Assembly (NCBI GenBank): GCA_964587045.1
Contig: CAZPJY010000002.1
Coordinates: 1-64,000, forward strand
Direction: 5' to 3'
Length of the DNA stretch: 64,000 nucleotides
Origin: an uncultured Methanosarcinales archaeon
Lineage (GTDB): Archaea; Nanobdellota; Nanobdellia; Woesearchaeales; CAZPJY01
Position 1 is the first letter of the stretch. Each line of letters starts with the position of its first letter. Shown here one piece after another: positions 17,994-28,404 of this stretch. Below the pieces are notes generated by a model that saw nothing but the letters and a program-made list of their open reading frames with translations, did no database searches and was not told the origin of the DNA. Made by a program: the position numbers and the translations under genes.

Positions 17994-19267
17994 TTGCCAC
18001 CTATCTTCTTCTTGCCGCCCATGAAAGGCTGCAAGGGTTTGGGCACGCTGACCGTTCCGTCGGCGTTTTGGAAGTTCTCGAGTATTGCGGTCATGGCTCT
18101 CGAGGTCGCTATGGCCGTGGAGTTGAGGGTGTGCACCAGCCTGTTGCCCTCAGGCGTCTGGTACTTTATATTGAGCCTCCTGGCCTGATAGTCGGTGCAG
18201 TTCGAGCAGGATACCACCTCGCCGTACTTGCCCTGGCGCGGCAGCCATGCCTCCAGGTCGTACTTCTTGGCCGCGACTATCCCGATGTCGCCGGTGCAGA
18301 TGTTTACAACGCGGAAAGGGATGCCCATCTCCTTCCATATATCTTCGGCGTTCTTTATGAGCTCCTCGTGATACTTCCATGAGTCTTCCGGCTTGCAGAA
18401 TACGAACTGCTCGACCTTCCAGAACTGGTGGGTCCTCCACGTCCCCCTCTCGTCGATTCCGTGCGAGCCTATCTCCTTCCTAAAGCAGGGGGAGAATCCT
18501 ATGAGCTTGAGTGGGAGCTCCTTTGGGTCGAGGACGCGGTCCATCATCATGGCTGCTATCGGATGCTCTGACGTGGCCACGAGATATAGGTCCTCGTCCT
18601 CCACCTTGTACATCATGGTCTCGAAGTCGTCCAGGTCGGTCACGCCTTCGTAGGGCTTGCGTCTGAGCATGAGCGGGGGCTCGACCAGGACGTATCCTTT
18701 TGCGGACATGCGCTGTATTGCCAACTGCATGAGGGCCTGGTTGAGCAGGGCGAGGTCTCCCTTGAGGTAGTAGAACCCTTTTCCCGCGACCTTGCCGGCA
18801 GATTCGAAATCCGCAAGTCCCGCATCTTCTGCCCACTCCCCGTGGGGTTTGAGCTCGAACTTGGGCTTCCCAGCCTTGCCCCACTTGCGGACCTCCTGGT
18901 TCTCGGAGTCGTCCTTTCCGTAGGGAACCGACTCGTGCAGGATGTTGGGCAGGCGCATGAGGTAGCTGTCGATGTCTTTTTTCAGGGAATTCTGCCGCTC
19001 TTCCGTCTTCTGGATTTTATGAGGTATTAGAGAGGCTTCCTTGAGCTTGGCGGTTGCGTTCTTGCCTGACTTCTTCAGCAGCGCTATATCTCTGGAGAGC
19101 TTGTTCCTGTTCGCCCTGAGCTGCTCTGCCTCCTGCTTTACATTGCGCCATTCCTCATCCTTCCTGAGTAGGTCCTCGAACCACTTCAGCTTCTCTGGGT
19201 CCTTCCTCTTCTTGAGGTCCTCCCTGACGATGTCGGGCTTCTCCCGTATCATGTGTATGTCCAGCAT
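17990..19267 (-). CDS. serS: Seryl-tRNA synthetase
   Basis: MLDIHMIR, LPNI, ATSEHP, CFRKEIG, R.HQF.KVEQF, KKYDLE, SCSNCTDYQARRL, HTLNST. Confidence 0.97.
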   Translation of the reverse strand: MLDIHMIREKPDIVREDLKKRKDPEKLKWFEDLLRKDEEWRNVKQEAEQLRANRNKLSRDIALLKKSGKNATAKLKEASLIPHKIQKTEERQNSLKKDIDSYLMRLPNILHESVPYGKDDSENQEVRKWGKAGKPKFELKPHGEWAEDAGLADFESAGKVAGKGFYYLKGDLALLNQALMQLAIQRMSAKGYVLVEPPLMLRRKPYEGVTDLDDFETMMYKVEDEDLYLVATSEHPIAAMMMDRVLDPKELPLKLIGFSPCFRKEIGSHGIDERGTWRTHQFWKVEQFVFCKPEDSWKYHEELIKNAEDIWKEMGIPFRVVNICTGDIGIVAAKKYDLEAWLPRQGKYGEVVSCSNCTDYQARRLNIKYQTPEGNRLVHTLNSTAIATSRAMTAILENFQNADGTVSVPKPLQPFMGGKKKIGGK

Positions 19268-19312
19268 AGTTATCACTTGGTGTCGGGCATGTTTAAAAAT
19301 CTTTTGGGGCGT

Positions 19313-19498
19313 CTATTTGAACTTGAGTGAATGCTGCTCCCCGCCGCTTCCCCAGTTCTCCTTTTCAGTCTCGTTGATCAGAACGGTGACTGCCTGCGCG
19401 GGTATTCCGATCGACGTGAAGACATCAGTGATCTTCTGGATGATGATTGGCTTCTTGTCCTTGTCGATGGGCCAGGTATCGATGTGTACTATCGGCAT
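19313..19498 (-). CDS. 4-oxalocrotonate tautomerase family protein
   Basis: Catalytic N-terminal Pro (MPIV), V.VLINE...ENWG.GG; SD GGAGGTGG. Confidence 0.88.
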   Translation of the reverse strand: MPIVHIDTWPIDKDKKPIIIQKITDVFTSIGIPAQAVTVLINETEKENWGSGGEQHSLKFK

Positions 19499-19593
19499 TT
19501 TTTTCCACCTCCGAGTATAGCAAATGACGTTTTTTTTTAAATCTTGCCGCCCCTAAGTCAAAGCTTTTATAGTCTGCTGTCTAACCTATCGCT

Positions 19594-20058
19594 ATGGAAA
19601 GGGAGCGCATCCTCCACAGAATCTTCATAACAAGCATCATCATCAAGGGTATGGACGGAATCCTCGAGCTGTTGGGGGGCATCGCTCTCTTCATTGTGAG
19701 GTCCGAATCCCTCACCGGCCTGGTGCGGTCGGTGTTCTCTCACGAGCTGGTCCAGGACCCGACAGACCTCCTCGCAAACTTCCTCCTGCATGCTGCGCAG
19801 ACGGCAACTGCCAGCACGGTATCGTTCATCGCATTTTACCTGATTATCCACGGAGCAATCAAGATAGGGCTGGTTGCGGGACTCATGCTCAAGAAACTGT
19901 GGGCTTATCCCTTAGCTGGAGTGGTTCTTTCACTGTTGGTCATATACCAGGTGATCAGGATAATCAGGGCACACTCAATCCTTCTAATAATCTTGACCGT
20001 GGTTGACCTTATCATCATCGCGCTTCTTCATTCCGAGTATATGCGCTTGAAGAAGTGA
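19594..20058 (+). CDS. DUF2127-like membrane protein
   Basis: IKGMDGILELLGG, HELVQDPTD, YLIIHGAIK, KLWAYP. Confidence 0.8.
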   Translation: MERERILHRIFITSIIIKGMDGILELLGGIALFIVRSESLTGLVRSVFSHELVQDPTDLLANFLLHAAQTATASTVSFIAFYLIIHGAIKIGLVAGLMLKKLWAYPLAGVVLSLLVIYQVIRIIRAHSILLIILTVVDLIIIALLHSEYMRLKK

Positions 20059-20724
20059 TCATCCCGGACACTGCCCTTCGGTCCACCTGTCCACTTTCGG
20101 GTCCATGCACGCAAAGCACGAGTTGGTATAAGTGCCGGCGCAAGGGTACCTGATGCACTGGATGCTCTGGTTGAACCAGCCGCACACCGGCATGTAGATT
20201 TCGAAGCATACCTCAGCTGCCTTCTGCTCCTCTGTGCATGTGTGCTCCTCAAGTCCTTCCTCAGTTACGGTCGTGTTCCTGACTGCGCTGTGCTCTACTG
20301 TCACCGTGACGTCGACAATGCCGGTCGCACCTGATGTCTTGGTAACGTTGAAGGTGTAAGTGAAGGTCCAGCAATCATCACACTCCACGTTGCTCTCGAC
20401 CTTGGACAATGTAATCTCTGCCGGATTATAGAGTTTGTATTGAGAGGTGTCCTTCACGCTCCGCAAGGCCAGGCTCTCAGCTGCCCTGTATGAAGGAAGG
20501 TCCTCGAGATTTTCCGCGCCTGTGCTCTCGCATCCACATCCGCAGGCGTCAGAGAAACCGGCGGTGCCGCTCTCGCATAGAAAGTTGATGACGCAGTTTG
20601 GGTCTTGCTTCACGTAATTCCTCGATGGGTCGTCATAGTTGCAGGCTGGGGACTGCAGGCCGCATCCCGCAACGACTGCGCCTGCCATCAGAAAGGTTAT
20701 CGCAAAAAGTATATTCAGTTTCAT
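20059..20724 (-). CDS. Secreted/lipoprotein with Cys-rich modules (C-terminal Kazal-like)
   Basis: Signal peptide ending VVAGC; CFEIYMPVCG...TYTNSCFAC...GQC. Confidence 0.7.
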   Translation of the reverse strand: MKLNILFAITFLMAGAVVAGCGLQSPACNYDDPSRNYVKQDPNCVINFLCESGTAGFSDACGCGCESTGAENLEDLPSYRAAESLALRSVKDTSQYKLYNPAEITLSKVESNVECDDCWTFTYTFNVTKTSGATGIVDVTVTVEHSAVRNTTVTEEGLEEHTCTEEQKAAEVCFEIYMPVCGWFNQSIQCIRYPCAGTYTNSCFACMDPKVDRWTEGQCPG

Positions 20725-20813
20725 GATGCTGGGTATGTTGCCTCATTATATAAAGATTTTCTAGAACTTGCGTTAACAAACTATTTATACTGCAAAAAAG
20801 CCCCCCTTTTACT

Positions 20814-21527
20814 ATGGAAATAAGGGACAAAGTCGCTATCGTGACAGGCGCTTCCTCGGGAATAGGGCTTGCGACAGCGAAGCTGCTATCAGAGAAAGGG
20901 GCCAAGGTCGTGCTTGCTGCGCGCTCGTTTGACAAGCTGCAGAAGCTATCAAAAGGCCTCAAGGATTCTCTAGCGGTACAGGCTGACATGACCAAGCCCG
21001 AAGACATCAAAGCCATGGTGGAAAAGGCCGTCGAGCGCTTCGGAAGGGTAGACATACTGGTCAACAACGCGGGTCAGGGTTATGACGCGACGGTCGAGGA
21101 GACTGATACCAAACACCTCGACCACATTTACAGGCTTGACCTAGTGGGGCCAATCCTGGCGATGCAGCAGGTCATTCCCATCATGAGGTCGCAAGGCGGC
21201 GGGGCCATAGTCAACATCAGCTCTGGCACGGCACTGATGTTCCTGCCTGGGATGGGAGGCTACTCTGCGATGAAGCGAGCTCTGGTTGGCATCAGCCTGA
21301 CCGCCCGTGAGGAGCTGAAGGACGACAACATAATGGTAAGCGTTGTCTACCCGTACATCACGGCGACCGATTTCGGGAAGAATACCATAGGCAGTTCTGG
21401 AGACACCGGGGAAATCTTCTCTAAGGCAGACTCCGCCGAACACGTGGCGAAGAAGATCCTTGAGGCGTTGAAGCAGGGAGTTCCCGAGGTCTTTGCACAC
21501 GACTGGATGGGCAAGCCAATCCAATAA
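20814..21527 (+). CDS. Short-chain dehydrogenase/reductase
   Basis: VTGASSGIG, DILVNNAG, NISS, YSAMK. Confidence 0.93.
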   Translation: MEIRDKVAIVTGASSGIGLATAKLLSEKGAKVVLAARSFDKLQKLSKGLKDSLAVQADMTKPEDIKAMVEKAVERFGRVDILVNNAGQGYDATVEETDTKHLDHIYRLDLVGPILAMQQVIPIMRSQGGGAIVNISSGTALMFLPGMGGYSAMKRALVGISLTAREELKDDNIMVSVVYPYITATDFGKNTIGSSGDTGEIFSKADSAEHVAKKILEALKQGVPEVFAHDWMGKPIQ

Positions 21528-21556
21528 ATATTTATACACCGCGTTCTTAGCATTGC

Positions 21557-22018
21557 ATGATGGATTCTTTCATGCAGGCAGCATACGACGAAGCGAAATC
21601 CGGCATGGATGCCAGAGAAGGCGGCCCGTTCGGAGCTGTGGTTGTGAAGGATGGGGAGATAATCTCGCGCGCCCACAACGAGGTAGTCGCATCCAACGAT
21701 CCGACGGCTCATGCCGAAGTTCTAGCCATAAGAAGGGCTGCTCAGAGTCTGGGCAGGTTCAAATTGGACGATTGCGAGCTTTACACGACCTGCGAGCCCT
21801 GCCCGATGTGCGCAGCTGCACTGCATTGGGCGCGCATGCCAAAGGTTCATTTCGCCTGCACGGCGCAGGACGCTACAGATGCCGGCTTCGACGACAAGCT
21901 GATGTATGAGGAGTTCAGGGGCAGCAAGAAGTCCCCAGTGATCAAGGCCAATGAGGGTAGGGATGAATGCCTGCGCCTGTTCGACGAATGGAAGGCCAGG
22001 AAGCACACTCAGTACTAG
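21557..22018 (+). CDS. Nucleoside/guanine deaminase (GuaD-like)
   Basis: GGPFGAVVV, DPTAHAE, CEPCPMC, DAGFDD. Confidence 0.9.
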   Translation: MMDSFMQAAYDEAKSGMDAREGGPFGAVVVKDGEIISRAHNEVVASNDPTAHAEVLAIRRAAQSLGRFKLDDCELYTTCEPCPMCAAALHWARMPKVHFACTAQDATDAGFDDKLMYEEFRGSKKSPVIKANEGRDECLRLFDEWKARKHTQY

Positions 22019-23997
22019 AATATACTCGTATGCACCCATCTCAGGATGTCGTTGAAGAATATCAGAACATGCTGCCATGCCGTCGCATCATTCATCTCAA
22101 TCGTAAATTCGGTCTCTGTGCTATACGGTTTTCCGTTCTCATCCTCCCAGGACGCCTGCAGCTTGACGGCGTTTGGGCCCAAAGAGAGTGATTTTCCTTC
22201 CAGCCAGACGATGAACTCCCTGTCCATGTCAAGGGTGGAAAGGTCCCAATCAGTCGGCATCCCATCCAGCAGGAAAGTGACCATCATGTCCCTTCCAGGG
22301 GATTGGGCAAGCCTTTCGAGGGTGAAGTTCACGGCGAACCTTTCGCCGTAGCTCACAGAGGAAGGAGCGCTTATCTCAGCGAAGCCGAATGAGGGCAATT
22401 CCATCACATCATATGTTAGCTGATACCTCCTCTCCAGTTCCGCATTGGTCGCATTTGCGACTGCGATGCCGATTCCAGCAGAGTCTAGATGGAGCTTGAA
22501 GCCCACCTCTGCGGTCTCGGTTATACCAAGGTCGATTACCTTGCACTCTTCCAGGCAGACCTTGAGGTTCTTGATGAACGTGTTTCCCTGGTTTTCGACA
22601 GTGCACGTCACCGCAGGCTGTTCGTAGACATAGTAGCTGTCCTTGTCCAGCTCGCACTCGAATGACAGGCCGGTCGAGAGGGCAGGTGGCTTCTCGTCTG
22701 GCACGAGCTGGTCCATGTCCCTTTCGCTGTAGGTCCTGGTGTAGCTGTCTGCCCTGAACTCTGCTGTGGCTGCCTGCTCGTTGTCCACATAGGCTGCGAG
22801 AGGCATGGTGTAGATCCCGTTCCTGTCGAGGCCATCCGGCACCCTCACCACCCATGCGATCTCCCTGGTCCCGCTGGGCCCCACAAGGACGAGCTGCCTG
22901 TTCTCTCCCCCGATTTCGATCTCCCTGGGCTTGGAGAGGTACAGGTCGACTGCCAGGTAGTGATCCCTTTGGTTGGTAAGGCTAACTGTCACGAGGTTGT
23001 AAGAGCCGAACCCCACCCTATCCTTAAACACTCTCAGCTCTGCGGAGACAGGGGCCCGGAGGTAGGGTCCTGTCTCGACCACCTGGGTATCGATGTCAAG
23101 GCTGGAAGTGCTGATGTCGTAATCATACCCCCTCCACTCGTACTTCGTGGAGGAGCTTGTGGAATCTGTGCTCTCACCCAGCTTTATGTGCGTGGCATCG
23201 ACGTACCCAACCTGGCCGTAGGTGACATCGAAAGGCACCCAGCCGACTCCTGGGAAGTATACCTCAGCCCAGCCGTGAGGCCCCCAGTTCTCCTCGAACT
23301 GCTCGGAGTTGGTGTAGGAGACGCCGGACACAAACTTCGCGGGTATCCCGAGTGACCTGGCCAGGGCGATGAAGAGGTTGGTGATCTCATCGCAGACCCC
23401 GTAGCGGTTGGCCAGCACCCAGCTGGCCTTCTGCGATGCTGATGCTGTCAGAGTGCTCAGCGAGTAGTTGACGTTGTGCTTGGTCCAGTCAGCGAGCTCA
23501 AACACCACCTCGAAGAGGTCGTCCTCTCCCTCTGCCAGCTGTGACGCTTGCTCTATGATGTCCCTGTCGCCTGAATCAATCCTCTCTGAGGGCTTTGTAT
23601 AAGGCTTCACTTCAGGAGGGAGGGCGGACCCTATGGGAAAGGCTATTCTTTCCTTTACAGGCTTGTACCTGTTGTGAGTCTTCAGGGTGGCTTCGACGTC
23701 GAAGCCGAACCTGCTCTTGGCCGGTTTGTCCCACCTGAACAGGAGTCCGTCGTCTGTCGGCAATGGGCTTGGCTGAGCCTGGAAGACCATGACTTCCTGA
23801 TCATCGCTGTCCCTTGGGTAGAAGGCGAGATCGGCTGTCACGTAGTCGAGGTACGCGTCAGTGCCGCTTGGGATGGTGGTTATGTCTGCGCCTATCTTGA
23901 GGTTCAGGATCAGCCATTCGCTGTTGAAGAGATCATTTGCCGAGACCGTTGGCAGGATGAGCAGTAATACTAGGACAATCCACCTCTTTTCCGGCAT
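22015..23997 (-). CDS. Secreted transglutaminase-like domain protein
   Basis: Signal peptide; GVCDE, ARSLGIPA, HGWAEVY...GWVPFDVT triad; Ig-like C-terminus. Confidence 0.88.
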   Translation of the reverse strand: MPEKRWIVLVLLLILPTVSANDLFNSEWLILNLKIGADITTIPSGTDAYLDYVTADLAFYPRDSDDQEVMVFQAQPSPLPTDDGLLFRWDKPAKSRFGFDVEATLKTHNRYKPVKERIAFPIGSALPPEVKPYTKPSERIDSGDRDIIEQASQLAEGEDDLFEVVFELADWTKHNVNYSLSTLTASASQKASWVLANRYGVCDEITNLFIALARSLGIPAKFVSGVSYTNSEQFEENWGPHGWAEVYFPGVGWVPFDVTYGQVGYVDATHIKLGESTDSTSSSTKYEWRGYDYDISTSSLDIDTQVVETGPYLRAPVSAELRVFKDRVGFGSYNLVTVSLTNQRDHYLAVDLYLSKPREIEIGGENRQLVLVGPSGTREIAWVVRVPDGLDRNGIYTMPLAAYVDNEQAATAEFRADSYTRTYSERDMDQLVPDEKPPALSTGLSFECELDKDSYYVYEQPAVTCTVENQGNTFIKNLKVCLEECKVIDLGITETAEVGFKLHLDSAGIGIAVANATNAELERRYQLTYDVMELPSFGFAEISAPSSVSYGERFAVNFTLERLAQSPGRDMMVTFLLDGMPTDWDLSTLDMDREFIVWLEGKSLSLGPNAVKLQASWEDENGKPYSTETEFTIEMNDATAWQHVLIFFNDILRWVHTSIF

Positions 23998-24071
23998 GTG
24001 TTATCCCTTCTCAGATAGGTTTATAATATTTTTGGAAAGGGATTAATATCTCTTCTTGTTCCGTGCACCGC

Positions 24072-24803
24072 ATGAGACTCGGTTTGTCGACTGGGTGCAT
24101 CTACAAGTGGTGCGAAGGAAACGACCATGAGATAGAGGTCCTGAAACGCCTCGATATGAATGCGCTCGAAATCAACTACGCCCAGGTGACTGAGCTGAGA
24201 AGGTCGGTGTCAGAAAAGCATGTGGATTTCCTGAAAGGTCTTGACTACCTCTCCCTGCACGCTCCCTTCTACTGGGATGCAAAGGACACCATGACCTACA
24301 GGCATGACGACAGGACTATTAGGACGCTCTCAATGCTAGAAAGGGAGGTCAGGAGGCTGGATGCTGATTCGGTCGTTCTGCATCCGCAGATAGTGGAAGA
24401 TTTTTCGGTCTTTGAGGACTTCGAACTTCCCTTGCTCCTCGAGAACTTGCCCTACAACGATGTGGATTACATGGTAAACCAGTTCGAGGAGCATCCGGAA
24501 TACGGCATGGTGCTAGACACGGCCCATGCCTTGGCCAATTCTCCTGAGACCTTGGACTTGATGGTGGGCCGCTTCTCTGGCAGGATCAGGCAGGTGCATC
24601 TGAGCGACCGCAGGTTCGACCCGCGTTACGGCCAGGTAAAGGACCATCAATCAATCTCATCCTGCGCCGACCTTTCCATCTTCGATGAAGTGGTCAGACT
24701 GGAGTGCCCTTTCATACTGGAGATCGAGCTGGATGACGTCAACTCGGTTGCCGAGGAATCGGCTTTCGCCAAGAGTTTTCTCGATACCACTTCTAGAAAG
24801 TAA
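24072..24803 (+). CDS. Xylose isomerase / AP-endonuclease-2-like TIM barrel
   Basis: SLHAP, VLHP, LLENL, VLDTAHA, VHLSD, DH, LE. Confidence 0.82.
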   Translation: MRLGLSTGCIYKWCEGNDHEIEVLKRLDMNALEINYAQVTELRRSVSEKHVDFLKGLDYLSLHAPFYWDAKDTMTYRHDDRTIRTLSMLEREVRRLDADSVVLHPQIVEDFSVFEDFELPLLLENLPYNDVDYMVNQFEEHPEYGMVLDTAHALANSPETLDLMVGRFSGRIRQVHLSDRRFDPRYGQVKDHQSISSCADLSIFDEVVRLECPFILEIELDDVNSVAEESAFAKSFLDTTSRK

Positions 24804-24829
24804 CGCATGTTTTTTAAGCTCGGAAGTCC

Positions 24830-26077
24830 ATGGAACAGCTAATGTCATTAATGCTGCTGCTGATCATAACCGGCATCCTGTTCGGTGGTATACTGATAAT
24901 CCTGCTATCAAAGGCCGTCCGGCTGCCGAAAGTCCTGCTCCTCCTGCTTTTTGGCCTGGTCCTCCAAAATATTGCCCTACCCGGAGGGGGGAGGGTGACT
25001 GTCCCGCAGGACTTCACCACCAACCTCGCGATTTTCGGGCTGGCAATCATCATCTTCCAGGGGGCCTCGAAGTTCAAGTTCCGCGACTTCATCGAGAACT
25101 ACCTCAAGATCATCAAGCTGATAGTCATCTTCATGCTGCTCAACAGCATCTTCGTCGGTGCGATATCCTACTTCGCCATCGGGACTTCAGTGCTGCTGGC
25201 CCTGCTCGTCGGCGTGCTCACAACTGCCACGGCTGCTGAGATCACCATCAGCATGTTCGAGAATCCTGACTCCAAGATTGCCAAGCTGCTCAACATCGAG
25301 TCCATAATCAACTCGCCCCTGATAGTCATCATCCCAGCGATCATCATCCAGGGCCTGATGCATGCTGTGTCTTTCAATGCGTTGGAGCACGTCCAGCCCT
25401 TCCTGCAGCAGATCATCACAGGCATCGGCGCCGGTGTCTTCTTCGGATTCCTGATACCTTTGATACTGTCTTCGAAGCAGCTGAAGGAGAACGCAAACCT
25501 CTCAGAGCTCATGATCATAGTCGGCGCCCTCTTCTCATACCTCGTAGCTGAGGCGCTCGGCGGGAACGGGGTCCTCTCAGTGACGGTCACAGCGCTGATG
25601 TACGGCAACATAGGGTCAAAGGATAGGCTGGGCCTGGAGCAGTTCCCCGAGGTGCTCTCTGAGGCGTTTCAAATCCTAATCTTCGTGATACTCGGGCTCA
25701 TCATGGAGCTTCCCTTCGACGGCGCTTTCTGGATAGTCGTGGGCATTATCTACCTGGGCCACACCGCCGCGAGGCTGCTGGCGGTCCAGCTTTCCTTCCC
25801 GTCGATCAAGTGGGCTGAGAAGATTTTCCTGACCCTCATGGTCCCCAAAGGGGTTATTCTGGCGATTGTTGTGCTATCCTTCTTTGCGCTGCCCATCCCG
25901 AACATCAGGAACACGCTGACTTATGTGACAGCGATAATCCTCGTGAGCATCATCATATCTTCGGTAACATCAGTCTTCTACAACATCTACAGCCGCAGGG
26001 TAAAGGAGGAAGAAGACCTGCTCCACGAGGTCGAGAACCTAAACTCAGCAGAGTCGGACAGCCTCGTTGACACGTAG
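24830..26077 (+). CDS. Cation:proton antiporter (CPA1/NhaP-like)
   Basis: About 12 TM segments; IESIIN, AEALGGNGVLSV, PKG. Confidence 0.85.
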   Translation: MEQLMSLMLLLIITGILFGGILIILLSKAVRLPKVLLLLLFGLVLQNIALPGGGRVTVPQDFTTNLAIFGLAIIIFQGASKFKFRDFIENYLKIIKLIVIFMLLNSIFVGAISYFAIGTSVLLALLVGVLTTATAAEITISMFENPDSKIAKLLNIESIINSPLIVIIPAIIIQGLMHAVSFNALEHVQPFLQQIITGIGAGVFFGFLIPLILSSKQLKENANLSELMIIVGALFSYLVAEALGGNGVLSVTVTALMYGNIGSKDRLGLEQFPEVLSEAFQILIFVILGLIMELPFDGAFWIVVGIIYLGHTAARLLAVQLSFPSIKWAEKIFLTLMVPKGVILAIVVLSFFALPIPNIRNTLTYVTAIILVSIIISSVTSVFYNIYSRRVKEEEDLLHEVENLNSAESDSLVDT

Positions 26078-26148
26078 GGAGCCAACAATTTGGATGCGTG
26101 AAAGGCTTTTCTTGATCCGAAGACGGGAGGGGTTGCTGCAGAAATAAA

Positions 26149-26416
26149 ATAATCTTAATCGTGGTTCCGACGAACAATGAGAGCGCGGATTACCTACATG
26201 ACGCGTTGAACAGTATAGTCAACCGGCAGATGATCTAGCTGATAGAGATATCTACCCCATGAAGGCGTGCTTGAGCAGTTTTGGGTGTCGAAGAAGGCTT
26301 ACCATTAGCTTGGTTCTGACAATGTCCGCATGGTAACAGGTCCTGAAGGTCACAGATTCTACCCAATCGCAGCTTGGCCACTCACCTTGAGATTTGCAAG
26401 CGCAAGCTCTTTTTGA
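26149..26416 (+). pseudogene. Possible degraded gene fragments (GT2-like and alpha/beta-hydrolase-like)
   Basis: No-start frame IILIVVPTNNESADYLHDALNSIV; second frame KAYH*LGSDNVRMVTGPEGHRFYPIAAWP with an internal stop. Confidence 0.3.
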
Positions 26417-26454
26417 AAACAATCCTTAAATACGGCTTGCGCATTTCTGAATGG

Positions 26455-26898
26455 ATGGATGGATTAATTTTCTGGAAGGAGCGGCATAAGAGGCTACTTG
26501 AGAAGGCCAAGTCTTTCTCAGATGTGGGCAGGGTCGCCTTTGCCGTTCAGAGATCGATGCCCGCACCGATATCCCAGGTCTGCGGCCCCATCTCGACTGG
26601 AGGGTATAACATCATTGCCAGGAACATGGAGATGCTGCGAGAGGCCATTGCGCACGTGGCGCGCAGCGAGGTAGTCTTCAACCAGCTGCCGATGGAGCAG
26701 TCGATGTTCAGGATAAGGGCGCAGCTGGGGGAAAGCTACAATCCTTTCGAGCTGCTCAACGAGGTCTACCTCCCCATGTTCGAGCAGCCTAAACTGAGAA
26801 GGTTGTATTTCGTCAAGGGCTGGAGGTCTTCACAAGGCTCACGGTGGGAGCACGAACAGGCTCTGAGGCTCGGAAAGGATATAATTTACCTTCCCTAA
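26455..26898 (+). CDS. DUF4406 / N-deoxyribosyltransferase-like protein
   Basis: VCGPISTG, GWRSSQGSRWEH..A..LGK.I; ATG 26455 after TTAAATA. Confidence 0.7.
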   Translation: MDGLIFWKERHKRLLEKAKSFSDVGRVAFAVQRSMPAPISQVCGPISTGGYNIIARNMEMLREAIAHVARSEVVFNQLPMEQSMFRIRAQLGESYNPFELLNEVYLPMFEQPKLRRLYFVKGWRSSQGSRWEHEQALRLGKDIIYLP

Positions 26899-27356
26899 TT
26901 CAACACTGCGATCGCGACGTTCAGCACGGCAGCAAAACTGACCCAACAGATGTATGGGACCATCAGGTACGCCGCAGTGGTCGACAGCTTCTTGAAGGCA
27001 AGTATCGTGCCCAGGATGGCGCCCCAGAGCAAAACTATCTCGATGAAGGCGAGCCAAGGGCTCTTCAGCCCGAAGAACAGGATGCTCCAAAGGGCGTTTA
27101 AGACTATTTGGGCGCCGAACCATACGAATGCGTTCCTCCTCGGGCCTTTAGAGGTCCAAACCAGGTACAATGCAATGCCCATCAGGATGTAGAGCGCAGT
27201 CCACACAGGCCCGAACAGCCAGTTGGGCGGGTTGAAGGCAGGCTTCTCGAGGGCCGCGTACCATGTGGGTATGGCTGAGGACGTGAAAATCGAGCCTATT
27301 GCTCCAGCGATGAGAGGGATAAGAACAGATATTACCAGCCGGATCGCTTTACGCAT
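26895..27356 (-). CDS. tspO: TspO/MBR tryptophan-rich sensory protein
   Basis: WYAALEKPAFNPPNWLFGPVWTALY, LNALWS.LFFG, PY..WVSFA. Confidence 0.93.
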   Translation of the reverse strand: MRKAIRLVISVLIPLIAGAIGSIFTSSAIPTWYAALEKPAFNPPNWLFGPVWTALYILMGIALYLVWTSKGPRRNAFVWFGAQIVLNALWSILFFGLKSPWLAFIEIVLLWGAILGTILAFKKLSTTAAYLMVPYICWVSFAAVLNVAIAVLN

Positions 27357-27391
27357 CCTAATTGGAATACCTGCCCTCTTTTTAATAGTTA

Positions 27392-28330
27392 TCATAAAAG
27401 GTCGTTCTCATAAATCGCGCCTGCGATATTTGCCGCTATCAGCCTGTAGCCCCTGGCATTTGGATGCCAGTTGTCGTACGGGAACACGTACTGCCGAATC
27501 TCCCCACTCTGGATCAGGGGAAAGAAGAGGAGGTCGTTCCTGACCAGCGGAATGCCGAGATCATTCGCGAGACGCTCGAACTCGTTGCCCGAAAGGTAGG
27601 TCGGGTTGATGTGATAGGTCATCAGCAGCACTGGGACGCCTTCGTCCTTGGCGGCCTGCACAATCTCGGTGACGTCATACCTCCACAGCTCGACGAACGC
27701 CCCCCTGTTGCTCATGGCAAAAGAGTAGACCCATCCCTCAGGAGGGAACCTCGCAAGCTCGGGTCCGCCCCAGACATAATCCATGGATTCCAGCCGCTGA
27801 ACGTGTTCAGGGTCTTCCCTGTTGACGAACCTCAAGTACAGGTACCTCAGCAGCCGGTAGCTCCTGAATCGGTCTAGGAAGGTCAGCAGCCTTATGCGCG
27901 CGGCGTCCTTTCCTCCGACGAACCTCGCAATCCTGCTCTCAGCAAGTGACCACTCGTTGTTGTATCCCACCATCAGGAGTATGAGGTCGGGCCTGTACTC
28001 CTCCAGGTGCTCACCTATCCTGTTGGCTATCTGCCCTGTGTTCTGCCCCATGTGGACAGGTACCACGACGCTGATTTCCTTTCCGGGATAGGCTTTCTTC
28101 AGGATGGACTCCAGCTGCGCCGGGTACGATTCGTTCCAATCGACCCACAGGCCAGCTGTCGAGGACTCGCCCAGCGCAAGGATGACAGTCGCGTTCCCGC
28201 CATCCCTTTGGTAGGGCCTTGTAGCGATTGCTCCAGCGATCCTCAACCCTGCCTCCAGGAGGACCAGGGCCATAAAAGAGATGAGCACGACCAGGAGGGC
28301 GACCTTCAGCTTAGGGCTCAATTTATTCAT
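27392..28330 (-). CDS. Membrane-anchored SGNH/GDSL hydrolase
   Basis: TM ending LEAGLR; LALGESSTAG, G.NN, DNWHPNA.GY. Confidence 0.82.
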   Translation of the reverse strand: MNKLSPKLKVALLVVLISFMALVLLEAGLRIAGAIATRPYQRDGGNATVILALGESSTAGLWVDWNESYPAQLESILKKAYPGKEISVVVPVHMGQNTGQIANRIGEHLEEYRPDLILLMVGYNNEWSLAESRIARFVGGKDAARIRLLTFLDRFRSYRLLRYLYLRFVNREDPEHVQRLESMDYVWGGPELARFPPEGWVYSFAMSNRGAFVELWRYDVTEIVQAAKDEGVPVLLMTYHINPTYLSGNEFERLANDLGIPLVRNDLLFFPLIQSGEIRQYVFPYDNWHPNARGYRLIAANIAGAIYENDLL

Positions 28331-28404
28331 GGTCGCATGAGAGAAGAGCCAGTCTTTTAAAGATATTGGAAACGAATAAATAGCATCGTTGGGTACAGGT
28401 CGTA

